Of a stretch of DNA of 64,000 nucleotides, positions 31,101-44,080 are shown piece after piece (within the stretch, counting starts at the first letter, position 1; every line of letters starts with the position of its first letter). The stretch lies in assembly GCA_051294375.1 (NCBI GenBank), contig CM119268.1, positions 18,931,142 through 18,995,141 of the forward strand, given 5' to 3'. Made by a program: the position numbers and the translations under genes. The notes under the pieces are model-generated. The model was not told the DNA's origin. It was given only the letters and a program-made list of their open reading frames with translations, and did not search any database. The DNA is from Paraspadella gotoi (Eukaryota; Animalia; Chaetognatha).

Positions 31101-31819
31101 GACAGAAGATGAGAGATAATTCAGATTTTTATGGTCAAAATCTGCAATATTATCCTAACTATCGAATCCAAGATTATAAACCACGACAGCATCAAAAACA
31201 ATGGAAGCAACATCCAAGAGAACATCTACGGATGTACCAGTCCCCTTCTCAAATTAAACATACTGCATCGGCCTTTAAAAGGCCGGAAAGACATAAAGTT
31301 TCAGAAGAACAGCAACGACACCAAGAGCAATTGCAATTAAATCTACAACAACAAACTAGTGAGACCTTAGAGTCAAAGTTAGACAAGGACGCTGACATGG
31401 AGCGACCAATGTCCGAAAATCACCAAGAAATTAAGGAGCAGTCTGAAGAGCAAAAAGAGCTTCAGAAACAGTCGCTCTCGTTTGATGAACAGGTGAAATT
31501 ACAGCAGAATAGTGACGATACTGCAGAACCTCAGCAGTTGCAGCAACAAAGCGAAAAATCTGAAGAGCAGGAGCTACTGGAGGACTTAAAATCTCAAAGC
31601 ATAGAGCTTGAGGAACTTCGACTGTTACAGGAGCTTCAACGGCCAAGCGATGTGCAAAAACCAAGGCTTTCTCCAAGTAAGAATTTGGAGGAGGAGGAAA
31701 TGATGCAACTTCAGAGCGAGGAATTGCAACAACTGGAGGGCGATTCGCCGCAAACGATCGCTGATGTTTGGAAAAATTTTAGAACCTCTTCCGGATATTG
31801 CGTTGCCGGAGAAAGAAAG
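19172..31819 (+). CDS. Giant 12.6-kb coding exon (4216 codons), low-complexity repeat-rich N-terminal module C
   Basis: Uninterrupted ORF 19133-31840 in AT-rich DNA; first ATG at 19172; AAG|GTTAAA donor at 31819 just before (AAAG)n is in phase with exon 32530. Confidence 0.9.
25592..27180 (+). repeat. Coding tandem repeat, 273-bp (91-aa) unit, 5 near-identical copies plus 1 degenerate
   Basis: KPRFDVNSYIQSNALVEN recurs with 273-bp period (25601, 25874 and onward). Confidence 0.95.
28600..29125 (+). repeat. Coding duplication, 264-bp (88-aa) unit x2
   Basis: KADTLE...NKNQN...LDKTSD.SV.RVNI.EQKL.KKEGL.I.SEF.ST...DSKNDS at 28625 and 28889. Confidence 0.9.
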
Positions 31820-31849
31820 GTTAAAAAAAGGAAAAAATAAGAAAAAAAA

Positions 31850-31945
<96 letters not shown>

Positions 31946-32409
31946 AAAATTAAAGAAACGAAGAAGAGAGAAAGATACAGTGAGAAATCTGTACATCGGT
32001 TTAGTAAAAACTTACGAATTTGAAAAAAAGTTTAGAAAATTTATAAAAAAAACTTAGTTTATTAGTATATTTAAAACTATTTAACTTTAAATTTAGCAAA
32101 ACCTTGGGATTATTTTAATTATTATATTATTTCTCGTAAGTTTAATTGGCAACATCAAAAATTAGAAGTATGTTTTTCTCTTTAAAGATAAGTATAGGAA
32201 AACGACGAATTTTCTGACTAAACTTATCTGATTTAACTGACAAATTTCGTTTTCGTTTCTATTGTTCTTGTCTAATTTAAAATGGATATCAAGAGGCGTG
32301 ATTGTTATGCGGTTGTCGTAGTCGTCGTCTAAAGCCTTCGACATTATTGTGGTCGTCAACATTGTGGTTCTCCTCATTTGCTATTTTGGTGTTTGATTTC
32401 CAACTTTTT

Positions 32410-32477
<68 letters not shown>

Positions 32478-32529
32478 TCTCTCTCTCTCTCTCTCTCTCT
32501 TTCTCCTTTGTCCTCTGGGCCTCAAACAG

Positions 32530-32608
32530 ACGCAGAATTCGGATCACAGCGACAAGGAATCCAATTTGCAAATGGCGCTCGTGCCTTCGGCTGGGACTGG
32601 GGTCGGAG
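32530..32608 (+). CDS. Large + gene, shared exon 1
   Basis: (CT)n...AAACAG acceptor; TQNSDHSDKESNLQMALVPSAGTGVG; GAG|GTGAGT donor; phase 0/1. Confidence 0.8.
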
Positions 32609-33205
32609 GTGAGTGAAAAAAGGAAGGCGGATGGGACGAGTTGGTTTTTTAGATGGAATGAGGTAAGATTAGATTTCCGGACCTGATGGTAAAAGATGAG
32701 TGAGTCTAGAATGCCATATAAATGAAAAATAATAGAATTTTGAGGGAGATAATTTCAAATTTAAGTAACCTCGGATAATTATAAGTTAAAAGAAATGTCA
32801 GTCGAAGTACTTAAATGAAAGCGCCTAAATTATAAAAGATAATGAATAGGTAACTAACTATTAACCCTCAGTCGAAAAAGAGACCTGGTCGTCAGGTGCC
32901 CCGACCAAAGAGGGTAACTATTCCGCTCAACTTTATCAAACTCTTTTTTTTTCTCTCCCTTCTTTGCAAGAGAGCCTTGGCCAAAGGGCCTTTGCAAGGG
33001 GGCCTCTTTAAAGGGACACTTTTTTTCTCCTTATTCGTTTTCGTGTCGAACTTTTGACGGGAAAAATTACTAAATTTGATCGATTGTGTGGTTTTTCTAT
33101 TTTTTCTTCTAACTTATTTTAGTAATTAGACTTAATTATTTAATTTTCTTAAACATCGAGTTTAAACATATGTGTCTTTTCCTTTTTCGGTAAGACGAAG
33201 CAAAT

Positions 33206-33333
<128 letters not shown>

Positions 33334-33946
33334 AGACAGAGGATGAGAGTATTTTTGGGGCGACCAAAGCCTCACCGATTATATCGTGTTCGAAAGATAA
33401 TAAAAGGTCACGGAGATGAGGATGACGCCGATGATCTAAAGAGAAGGGCGATGAGAAACTTTTGGGGTCATCTAGAGGTCAAAAGGTCAAAGTGTCAAAC
33501 GATGACGAGAAATTTTTTTTTGCCCCCGCGTTATATTTTCGGGAATTTAAGTTTTTTTAAGTAGTTTTCCCAAAGTCGTTGTTTTCTCAGCGTGTTTAAG
33601 AATCCAATTTACGATACAAAAAAATTGCGTTTTATAATTTTTTTTTTTTTAATTAAAAAGAGGGGCTTCTTTTCTTTGTCGCATTTTATCGCCTTAATTG
33701 TCCTAATTGATTTTGAACGTACATTGAACTCAGCGTCTGCCCTCGTTCATCCCCCGATTTTTTTAAATTAAAAAAAAAGTAATTTAAAATCTGTAGGCGG
33801 CATGACTCAAAAACTAGATAGACCAAAAAAAAAATTCATTTAATACTTTTATTTCATTAAAGCACACGTTTGCCCTTTGTTTTCTTTCGCGAATCAATTG
33901 AGATGACGAGCCCTTATGTTTTTTTTCAATTCCCCCCCGATCGCAG

Positions 33947-34060
33947 CGCACGAGCGGTACATGGCGGCGGAGGATAGAATGAGGCGAAGAATGGAAGAGA
34001 AGGCTGAGAAGAGAAAAAAACAGCAGGCGGCCATTTTGGACGAGATCAGCGCGGCAGTCA
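33947..34060 (+). CDS. Large + gene, shared exon 2 (short charged helix)
   Basis: TCGCAG acceptor; AHERYMAAEDRMRRRMEEKAEKRKKQQAAILDEISAAV; A|GTAAGT donor; phase 1/1. Confidence 0.82.
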
Positions 34061-34541
34061 GTAAGTTTCGAAGGGTGGGGAAAGGGAAAGGCTAAAGCTT
34101 AGATAAGGGCAATTTTGGACAAGAAAAACTCAGTAAGTTTCTAAGGATGGGGCTGTAAAATGGGTGAGGCTTTGTTAAAGGTGAGAATAAAAGAGGTCAT
34201 CGGGGTTTACATCTTTTCAGGAGTTTTGCTAAAATAATTCGAGGCATCATTTTTTTAATTGCAACAGTCTGAATCAACGTTTCAATTACATAAGCGACCT
34301 TTATGAAAACGAAACGAGGATGAAACGATGACAAATGATGACGTTCGACAAAATGAGAAGATTGAGGAGAATAACTCGAGACTTTTCTAGATTTAATTGA
34401 GATTTAATTAACGAGGAGGTTCAAGAGGATATTGACGATGACGACGATGACGAGGACGACAACAGCGACGACGATAACGACGGTGAAAAAGCGTCTGACG
34501 AGGACGATTTGTACTAAGACAACAGAAAATAAAACCCTCTC

Positions 34542-34603
<62 letters not shown>

Positions 34604-34606
34604 CAG

Positions 34607-34876
34607 CTTCCCGCCCCGGAAGCCGCTCCGCTAGTCGCTCCGGCAGCCGCTCCAGCAGTCCGACCAACTTCCCACCCGCGGGGACTCATTCTTACGGTCG
34701 CAGCTTCTCCGAGGCTGCGCCGGGCTCCTCCCGCTCCGGCAGCATCGGCTCTGACGCAGGAACCTACTACGGCGCCCTCGTGCCGGTGCAGAGCGCCGGC
34801 GGGGCGTCGCCGAAGGCGTCGTCGTACGGTAGCCGATTCACGGGAAGGAGGGCGCCGTCGACGGGCGGATTGAGGG
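34607..34876 (+). CDS. Large + gene, shared exon 3 (Ser/Arg/Gly-rich)
   Basis: (CT)n-CCAG acceptor; TSRPGSRSASRSGSRSSSPTNF...STGGLR; G|GTGAGT donor; phase 1/1. Confidence 0.85.
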
Positions 34877-35323
34877 GTGAGTTTGAAGATGAAGAATCAA
34901 TGGTGAGGAGATGGAGAAAAAAAAAGGGGGAACAAAGTATAACAGAACGGCTTATGCCAAAATATATTATGCGGGCATTTCTTAGGTTCACTGCGCAATT
35001 AATCATCTTGCTCGCAGTCTTTCCCCAGTGGCTCATTGAGTAAAGCCATCTTTACTACCATACTGCCTTACCGCTCATGACCACTAAATAATCTGTACAA
35101 TCCCAACCCGGTATCGACCTTAAGGGAAGCGTTAGGATGGCTGTAAACCGCCTTGAGGGCGTAAGGACCCTCCAACCTTGGTGGCTCCAATCCAAGGACC
35201 CGTTCCAAGTCTGAAAGAGGGGGATTAAATAAATTATGGAAGTCATCTTCGGTCTACTTTTAAATCTCAACAACCCTGTGAATGTTTCACCACGCCTTCG
35301 TCTTTAACTCTAAAATAAAAAAG

Positions 35324-35593
35324 TCGGCGGGTTGGAGGAAATCGGCGAAACGGGCGCCGGTGGCGCCGCCTTGCGTCCTTCGATCCGATCGGCGTCGATG
35401 TCCTCGGCGTTGGAATCTCGACGCCGAACGCCGCGGCCACGATCGGCGCACGGTGGCGTCGCCGTCGTCGTTCCGCGCGCTCCGGCGCCAAATCGGCCGA
35501 GAAATTGGCGCGCGGAGCCGCTCACTCGACAGAGGAGCGTGCCTGCCGCGCCGGAATTTTCCGCCGGGGAAAATCGGCGACGTTGGTCGTTAG
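35324..35593 (+). CDS. Candidate cassette exon of the large + gene
   Basis: GC-rich 270-nt open frame, phase 1/1, TAG|GTAAGG donor with a second in-frame donor at 35641; acceptor is A-rich and atypical. Confidence 0.55.
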   Translation, partial: SAGWRKSAKRAPVAPPCVLRSDRRRCPRRWNLDAERRGHDRRTVASPSSFRALRRQIGREIGARSRSLDRGACLPRRNFPPGKIGDVGR

Positions 35594-36802
35594 GTAAGGT
35601 CGTGGATGGAGCAAGGTCTCTTTCGACGTCGTGGCTTCCTGGTAAGGTCTTAAAATTGAGGTCTGACCACAAAGAAGTACGGTGAAGGTTTGAAGTATTT
35701 CTCCCTCGCGCGTGGAAGGAAAGCATGGCGGGGAGTTTGAAGCATGGCGAAGAAGAGATAGGGAAGGGCATGAATAAACTCGTCCTTTGCCGTTTATATG
35801 TCTATCATTCTGTTTTTGAATTTTTTTATTCGGGCAAATGTTTAATATTTCGTTTCAATGTTTTGGTGTCGGTTTTAAATTTACGTTTTGGACTCCGCGG
35901 TTTTGTCTCTTTTGTTTTGTCTGTTTCGTTATGTTTTTTCTGTGGCTCGCGCGATTTGTTTTAGTTATCTCTCTGTCTCTCGGCCTTGTCGACATGCGAG
36001 TTAGTTTCTCATTTTACTAAGACTTCCCCATTTTTATCTCGCCAGATGGGCTCAAGCCCGTTTTGGCTAGATTTTGGATCGCTTTAGCTTCTTTGTAACG
36101 TCGTCGTCGTCATCATCGGCACTTTTTTTCTTATATAGTTTTGACTGGGGCTTACAATTTTTTTTAAAAATAAAATGTAAATGAACGATCATTGCATCAC
36201 AGTCCAGGTTGAACCACTATTTTATTCTAGCTTGCCACTTCTTATAAGCAGCTATTACAATAATAATAAATAATTAATATCTTTTTTTTGCAGGTTTTTG
36301 GTTTAACTACCAAACAATAGATCTAGTTATCAAGTTCCATTAGTAAAACAGTGAGGCAGTTTGATAAGAATGTCCATTTTATTTGTTTCATATCGATTCA
36401 AGTAATTTTTGTTTGAATTTTCACTTCATTATGATTTACTGCAATATGCAAATTAAAATATAGTACTTACTGCAATTTAAAAATAAATTTGTCTGAATTA
36501 TGTAAATAAAAATATTTATTTTCTCTGGAATTTTTCATTAATTTTCTTTGATCTGGCGAGATCACTTTTAATATTTTTTTGGTTGAACTGATGTGAGAAT
36601 TTTGTAATCGTCGTTACTCGTTACTCGATTGTGAGAACCAGGGATTTAAATAGGGTTAGAAAGAGAGAAAAAGAAAGAGAGAGAGAGAGACTTCTTTTAA
36701 AAGCTTTAAAAAAGAAAAGATGAGAAGGCTTTGATTCAAGATTTTGTTATCCAAACTTATTATCCAGCGCTCGTTCTCTCTCTCCGAATTTACAGTAGTT
36801 TC

Positions 36803-36919
<117 letters not shown>

Positions 36920-37048
36920 TCTCTCTCCCCTTTTTCTCCTAATCCTTTTATCCCCTTGCATTTTCCGACGGACCACGTTTTACTCCCATCACTTACAATT
37001 TACTCACCATTTTTTTCCATCGGCGAATTTACAGTAGTTTCCTTCTCT

Positions 37049-37118
<70 letters not shown>

Positions 37119-37357
37119 TAAACCTGTACTTTTCTATCTCTTTCTGTTCAATATCGGCTTTTTTTCTTCCTTGTTTTCTTTACTTTTTCTCAGTTTCTCT
37201 ATATTTTCCCCGTATTTTTGACTCTTTAATTTGTTCATATCTTATTTAAGAATTACGATTCTTCTGAAAATATTTTTTTAATCTATTTTTCTCGTCGTCG
37301 TTGCACTGAGACTTCGATAAGCGGTAATCGTCTTGGTTGTCATCATCGTCTTTTTCG

Positions 37358-37437
<80 letters not shown>

Positions 37438-37475
37438 GTCGTCATCATCATCATCATCACCGTCATCATCATCAC
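37358..37475. repeat. (ATC)n trinucleotide microsatellite
   Basis: Direct inspection; produces spurious poly-D and poly-M ORFs. Confidence 0.95.
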
Positions 37476-38252
37476 CACTATCGCCATAGCGAGGCGCCAT
37501 CTTCCCCTTTAAGACTCTGAACGACTTTTGGCATCTTTGCCACTATTGCCGTCATTACCGCCGTCTGCTCCTCATTGCCATCGATTGCGCTTCAATGCCA
37601 TTTTTCTTCGCGTCACACATTTGTCACCTTCTTTCTTTTTTTTTCCTTTTGCGTTTCTGCGACCCTTTTCGTCTCGCCTCGTCGATCTGACTCCTTCTTC
37701 CATTTTCTTATTTCATTTCTTATTTTTATTTGTAAATTTTTTCTCCTTCTCTATTTTAATTTTACTTTTCTTTACTTATGAAATTGGTACAACCAATATA
37801 TTTTATATTTTATATTTATTTATATATTTATATTTATATTTATTATATTTATTTATATTTTACTTTACTTTCTTTTTACTTTCTAACTCTTTCCACATTT
37901 TTATTTCATTTTTTTAAATTCTGTTATATTCTTTTCTTTTTTGTTCTTTCTCTTTTTTTAGTTTCATTTTTTTCTTTACTTTATTTTCTTAATTCTCTCT
38001 TTTTTTCGCTTTATTATCCTCATTAAACTGCTCAGCTTGTGTTGGGAAAGGTTCCAATTTCGATCATTTGGCGTTGACGAGTTAATAAATAAATTAAGCG
38101 TGAAAAATAAAATATACGAAAAAACCAAACGGAAACAAATAAAGCAACAATATTAATCAAACGACCCCTTCTACCCCCAACCCCCCCCCCAAAATATATT
38201 ACTCCCCTTAAACTACCATTCTAATCCCCCCCTCAACTTCCCCCCATTTCAG

Positions 38253-38419
38253 GCTCCCAAGGGTCACTCCTCGACGCGTCCCCCTCCGCCGCCTCACCGC
38301 CTTCCGCCTCCATGTCCATCAAAGACTTCCGGTCCAAACCCTTCGCCGCCGTCAGGTCCGTCAGATCGTCAATCTCGAGGGACCAATCAGAGGACGAGCT
38401 CAGCGAGGTCGGCTCCGTG
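38253..38419 (+). CDS. Large + gene, shared exon 4
   Basis: CATTTCAG acceptor; GSQGSLLDASPSAASPPSASMSIKDFRSKPFAAVRSVRSSISRDQSEDELSEVGSV; GTG|GTGAGT donor; phase 1/0. Confidence 0.85.
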
Positions 38420-39084
38420 GTGAGTTTATTTTTCAGGGTAAGGGGGAGCGGGTGAGTCAACTGGATGCTTTTAAAAAAATTCATTTAGTAAATAATTAGA
38501 AATTCGTTATTCGTTTTTAATAAATTAGGTAGAAATAAAAATATTTGGGCTTCATTCATTCAAAAATTTGTTATGCCTGAACTTTTCCCTATACCATATG
38601 AATATACAACATTTCACCTTGTATTGTTACTTAAAAACGTTAAATCGTAGAAAAGACTTAATAAATAAAAATGACCGTGACTTTTCCGGTATCCTTGGAG
38701 TGATTTTAACGTGGAGAAATACCATGTTATAATTTTTTTATAATTTTGGAGGCCTAACTCAACATAGCCTGTCCAGTGTCCAAAGACGGGGGAAAGATAG
38801 CTTATTCATTATTGTTTTATATTGGTTGTACTAATTTCATACGTAAGTCGTCTCTGGGTCTCTCGGTCTCTCGATCGCAGATCGAGAAATCCTCGATTTC
38901 GATTTTCATCCAAAACCAAAAGCCAAAAATCAAAAAGGGTTTCGATTATTAACTTAATTAAATTATAACCCAAACTTCGTCAATGGGGTGGGTCAGAAGT
39001 TTGATTTGGAACCTTTCCAAATGAAACTTCATACATTTCTGAGAAAACTTTCAATGGAGCAAAATTTTCTAAAATGGCAAGAAG

Positions 39085-39420
39085 CATTAGTAATTAATTT
39101 TTTAATATTTATTTATAGATAGGAAATGTCAAAAAAATTTTTGGATTTTTTTATTTTAAAAGCAGATTCAAATAGCTTATGAAAAAGTTATCTACACAAA
39201 GTATAATTCTTTTTTCAATATTTTGATTATAAGTGGGTTAAAATTGAGAAAAACCTTAAAAAATCATCATCATCATTATCATCCGATGATTTTAGCAGTT
39301 TTTACTAATTTTTAGTAATAAACATCAAAATTTTAAAAAGTTGTAATTATATTTTTTACTTAACTTTTTAAGCTCTATCAGAATCAATTAAAAAAACTTA
39401 AAATATCCAAAAAAATTTTT
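39085..39420. mobile_element. Palindromic MITE/foldback-like element, copy 2
   Basis: Colinear with 8470-8815 (TTTAATATTTATTTATAGATAGGAA...TCTACACAAAGTAT...AACTTTTTA.GCTCTATCAGAATC). Confidence 0.65.
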
Positions 39421-40237
39421 AACATTATATTAACTGATGACCTTCCCATTGTATAAACATAAAAGATAAAAAATATTCAAAAAAGAAATAATTAAAAATA
39501 GGATAAAGAAAAAATAAAATTTTCATTAAAGTATTTTAAAATTATATTCATGACATAAAGGTGCCCCTATAGACCTTTCCCCAGTATGTATCCCTATCAG
39601 AACATACAATTCTACATGGTAGTCTTATCCCTATTTGGTAAAAAAATCATATATAACGTTGGTCCTCAAAAAATTATCCATTCCCACCCCTTTCTGTTCA
39701 GCCTCTTAGATATTATGATTTTTCATTAATGACTTTCTAACAGAAATGATGTGTGATAATCTATTAGAAAACTAGGACAGATAGTAATCTAACCTTGTGT
39801 TGTATAGATGCTCCCTCCATTTCCAGAAGACAACACTGACTTCCCCTTCCCAAATTGTATTATTAGATAAATAAAACTTTTTAAAAAAGAAAGCAATATA
39901 TGTTTGAATAAATAATATAGATTAAATACTAAATCCTTCATAAAAATATTAAATATTAAAATAGAAAAATGAAAAATAGTGAAACAAGTAATTTGCAAAT
40001 TTTCCTAGCAATATAATAATATTAATTAGCGAATTACTCATGGTTCGGAACATTTTTGTAAAAATATTTTAACACAATAATTAATACCAATAATGGATTA
40101 GTTTAATTGCTGTTCCCATTAAAATTTGAATTTGGTCGGCTACCGCAGTGATAGTTGACCGCTTTTCAAAACTACTTCATTTTTTCCATTTTCTTTATTT
40201 TATTTCTTTCACTTAATCTAATCAATCTCTATCACAG

Positions 40238-40387
40238 GACAACTTCCTCGGTGGACCATCCAGTCGGCGGATGTCGAATGTTTCCGTCGACGACGACGCC
40301 TTCTACGCAGCCGCCGTCTCCAGCACGCAGCAGCAGCAACAACAGCAACAGCAGAGAATGCCGGCCGGTCCAGAGTCTGATGCTCAG
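40238..40387 (+). CDS. Large + gene, shared exon 5
   Basis: ATCACAG acceptor; DNFLGGPSSRRMSNVSVDDDAFYAAAVSST-Q9-RMPAGPESDAQ; CAG|GTGGCC donor; phase 0/0. Confidence 0.8.
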
Positions 40388-40419
40388 GTGGCCAAAGGGA
40401 AGGGTTCGAAGGCTGAGAA

Positions 40420-40473
<54 letters not shown>

Positions 40474-42291
40474 TCTGATTCTTTGGGAGAATGAAACTAT
40501 TAGTAAATCATAAAATCTTTTTATGATCAAATAGATACATGAGCTTGTTCCACTTAATTTTTTATTTAATTTTTCAAACTATTACTGTTAACAATCGCTG
40601 CTCTATTTCAAAATCGGGGCTTTGGATTTTTCTTTTTCGGGATAAGTTTTTTAAACTAATCGTTTTTATATGAACACTTTTTTGTTCTTCCAAAGTTGTC
40701 GCGCTGATAAATTTGACAACCGTTTCAAACTAGATAAAACCATTTTTAGTTTATGTCTGTGCGGTTTTTCCTTTTAAATTTTGTTTCAACTGTGACTTTA
40801 ACGAACTACGACCCTTCTTTTCATGCTCCTCTTCCTCCTCCTCCTCCTCCTCCTACTCCTCCACCCTCTCTTACTCAATTATCTTCGCCCCCACCCTCCT
40901 CTTCCCTTCTTCAAAAACGTATGTGCACTTTTTTTTTCTGGAAACTTGTTTTAGGCACCAAATGGATTTTCCCGTTAACCTTTCTCGATTTTTGCTGTGC
41001 GGCGTAAGTGTGTTTCGCAATCAACTGCTCTTTTTCTCGTTTACCCTTTTAGTTTGAGTTTTTTATCATTAGGTTTTTTTTTTTTGCCTTATTTTTTTGA
41101 ACTCGTATTTGAAACTAGTAAGAAACTGCTTGCTTAACTTTCTTTAGTTCCTACAACCTGCATCATCAAAAAAATTTTTTTTATTGTTTTAGTTTTTTTT
41201 AATAGACGTTCTTTTCGAAAACTGATCAATTCTATAAACTTTTAAAATATGAAAATATATGCATTTTTAGTTCTATAACCATATATATATGTAATTTTAA
41301 TAAACTTTAAGTTACCGACATATTTTTGTCAGTAGAAGAACTAAAATTAAACATAACCTTTTCTGTATAGAAGAGAATATTGAAACTCAAGTAATTTATT
41401 TATACCCGAATAAACTCTGCCTATTTAGTCTTTGAAAACCTCATCAATATCAGTAGCGACAATAATGTTATGCCACAATACTACATTCCACATTGCTCAC
41501 TTTTATTTTGTCATTTTAAATGTCGCATGTCTTTGTTTTCGTATCGTGAGATTTTTCGTTGTACATGTTTGTGAGTTTGTAAAATATATAAATAACTTTG
41601 CATGCATAAAAATTACAAAAAATATTAGAAATAAAATAATATAATTAACTAAAAACGCGGGGTATGGCGCGCGAGATACGAGTCAAAACCGTCACTCGCG
41701 ACGAACCCGTCGACGTCACGTTTCAGTTGGCGTCACGTCACGCGATCCTCGTGTCAATTGACGTAACCACGTCATGTCACGCTAAAAAATTCAATCGACA
41801 ATGTTTCACCGATTTTATTCTCATTTTCTCCATTTTTCTCTCCCTTCCCTTTTTTACTTTTTTTCATTCCTTCCCCTTTTTCTCTGTTTTTTTTCCATTT
41901 TTCTTTCCATTTCCTCCTCTTTATTCTTTTTCCATTTTCTATTTTTCCCTTTATTTTTTGTTCACATTTCCCTTTACTTTTCCATTTTTTTTTCTTCACT
42001 TTTTTTTCCTTTCAATTTTCCCTTCCCCGTTTTTTCTGTTTTATCTTCTATTTTCTCTTTTACTTTACCATTTTTTCCCTTCCTTTTGACAAATCGATTT
42101 TTCCATTTCCCTTCTTTATCTACCCTTGCCCCTATCCATTTTCTCCTTCCCTTTCCTGTTCACAATTCAATTTTCTCTTTCCTTATTACATTTTCTTTTA
42201 CCTTATTCCATTTCCCTTTTTTTCCTTCCAACTCTTTGCCTCCAATTCTCCAACCAACCCTTTTCCCCACTCGATCCTACAATCCCTTCAG

Positions 42292-42504
42292 GTCGACGAC
42301 TTTGCTCTCCAGATCCAATCAATTCGACAACAGTTCGGTCGTCAGGTCTCCATCGGTGAGGGGGGCGGTAGCGTAGAAGGCGACGTCGGCGTCATCGGCG
42401 GCGTCAGCGGCGGCGTCATTGATGATGCCGGCGCGCCTCTCTACGTAACGGAACCCACCGACTTGAGAATCGGCGACGAGACGGCGCCGTCGTCGTCGTC
42501 GTAG
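42292..42504 (+). CDS. Large + gene, probable last coding exon
   Basis: CCCTTCAG acceptor; VDDFALQIQSIRQQFGRQVSIGEGG...DETAPSSSS*. An internal G|GTGAG donor at 42355 is an alternative. Confidence 0.72.
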   Translation, partial: VDDFALQIQSIRQQFGRQVSIGEGGGSVEGDVGVIGGVSGGVIDDAGAPLYVTEPTDLRIGDETAPSSSS

Positions 42505-42725
42505 TCTGAATCGGCGTCGGCGACATCGGTGACGTCGGCAGTGTCGACAGCAGCGGCAGCGAAGGCAGCGTCGGCGATGGATAATTAACGGTTCCAATTT
42601 GTCCCTTTAGAGACTAAGAGACGGAGAGAGAAAAAGTAAAAATAATATTATCGGAACTTCTCTATTGTCGACCGTTTCTATATGCTGCTCTCTCTCTCTT
42701 CTCTCTCTCTCTCTCTCTCCTCTCT

Positions 42726-42782
<57 letters not shown>

Positions 42783-43339
42783 TCTCTCTTTCTTACAAAC
42801 ACTCACTCTCTCTCCCCTTCCCTTTCACTCCTCCCACTAATTGGGGTTCCATCCCAATTTAAATTGTTTTTGTCGCGAAAATTTACTCGAAATTTTTTAT
42901 CCCTTTTATCATTTTTTGTGGCTATTTAAAATAGACTTATGTGACGGTCTTTTTTTGGACATAGTCTCGATTTATTTGACATTATTATTTGAAATTTACG
43001 AACAATTACCGTTAGCCAGTTTATTAGCGCTTTTATTTGAATAATAATAATAATACTCCTGAAAGCTGAGCTGATGTGGGAAAGAAACATTTAGGGAAAG
43101 AGATAAGGAGAGAGAGATGTGTACTGATAATTCATATGTACCAGTACAAATAAGTCTTTAGTATTTGTTGATATGATGTTTTCTCAATGATAAAGAATAA
43201 CCTGATAAAAAAAAAACTTAAGTAAAGAAGGAAATTCAAAGGAGGCGCTTTGATCGATAAAATGCGAGGCAAGATAAAAGAGCAATGGATTTAAAAGAGT
43301 AATTATCATGCCTTTAGCCAAAAAAAAAAGAGATATAGA

Positions 43340-43426
<87 letters not shown>

Positions 43427-43504
43427 TTCAGCGTTTAATGAAGATTAAAAGATTAAGCGGATTAAAAGAAGAGCAAGTCGCTTTATCGAGGTTGATGATG
43501 GAAA

Positions 43505-44080
43505 ATGAAGAATGCAGATGAAAGAACGGAGAATGAGATTTGGTAAATAAAGAAAAAAGAATGCAGAATGAAGAATTGAGAATGAGATTTGGTAAATAAA
43601 GAAAAAAGAATGCAGAATGAAGAATTGAGAATGAGATTTGGAAAATAAAGAAAAAAGAATGCAGAAGGAAGAATTGAGAATGAGATTTGGTAAATAAAGA
43701 ATAAAGAATGCAGAAGGAATATTTGAGAATGAGATTTGGAAAATAAAGAAAAAAGAATGCAGAAGGAAGAATTGAGAATGAGATTTAGAAAATAAAGAAA
43801 AAAGAATGCAAAACGAAGATTTTAGAATGAGATTTGGTAAATAAAGAATAAAGAATGCAGAAGGAAGATTTGAGAATGAGATTTGGAAAATAAATAAAAA
43901 AAGGATGCAGAAGGAAGAATAGAGAATGAGATTTGGAAAATAAATAAAAAAGAATGCAGAAGGAAGAATTGAGAATGAGATTTGGAAAATAAAGAAAAAA
44001 GAATGCAGAAGGAAGATTTGAAAATGAGATTTTGAAAATAAAGAAAAAAGAATGCAGAAGGAAGAATTGAGAATGAGACC
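43505..44080. repeat. 49-bp minisatellite, ~11-12 copies
   Basis: Unit GAGAATGAGATTTGG(A/T)AAATAAAGAAAAAAGAATGCAGAA(G/T)GAAGAATT; period 49 (43531, 43580 and onward). Confidence 0.95.
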
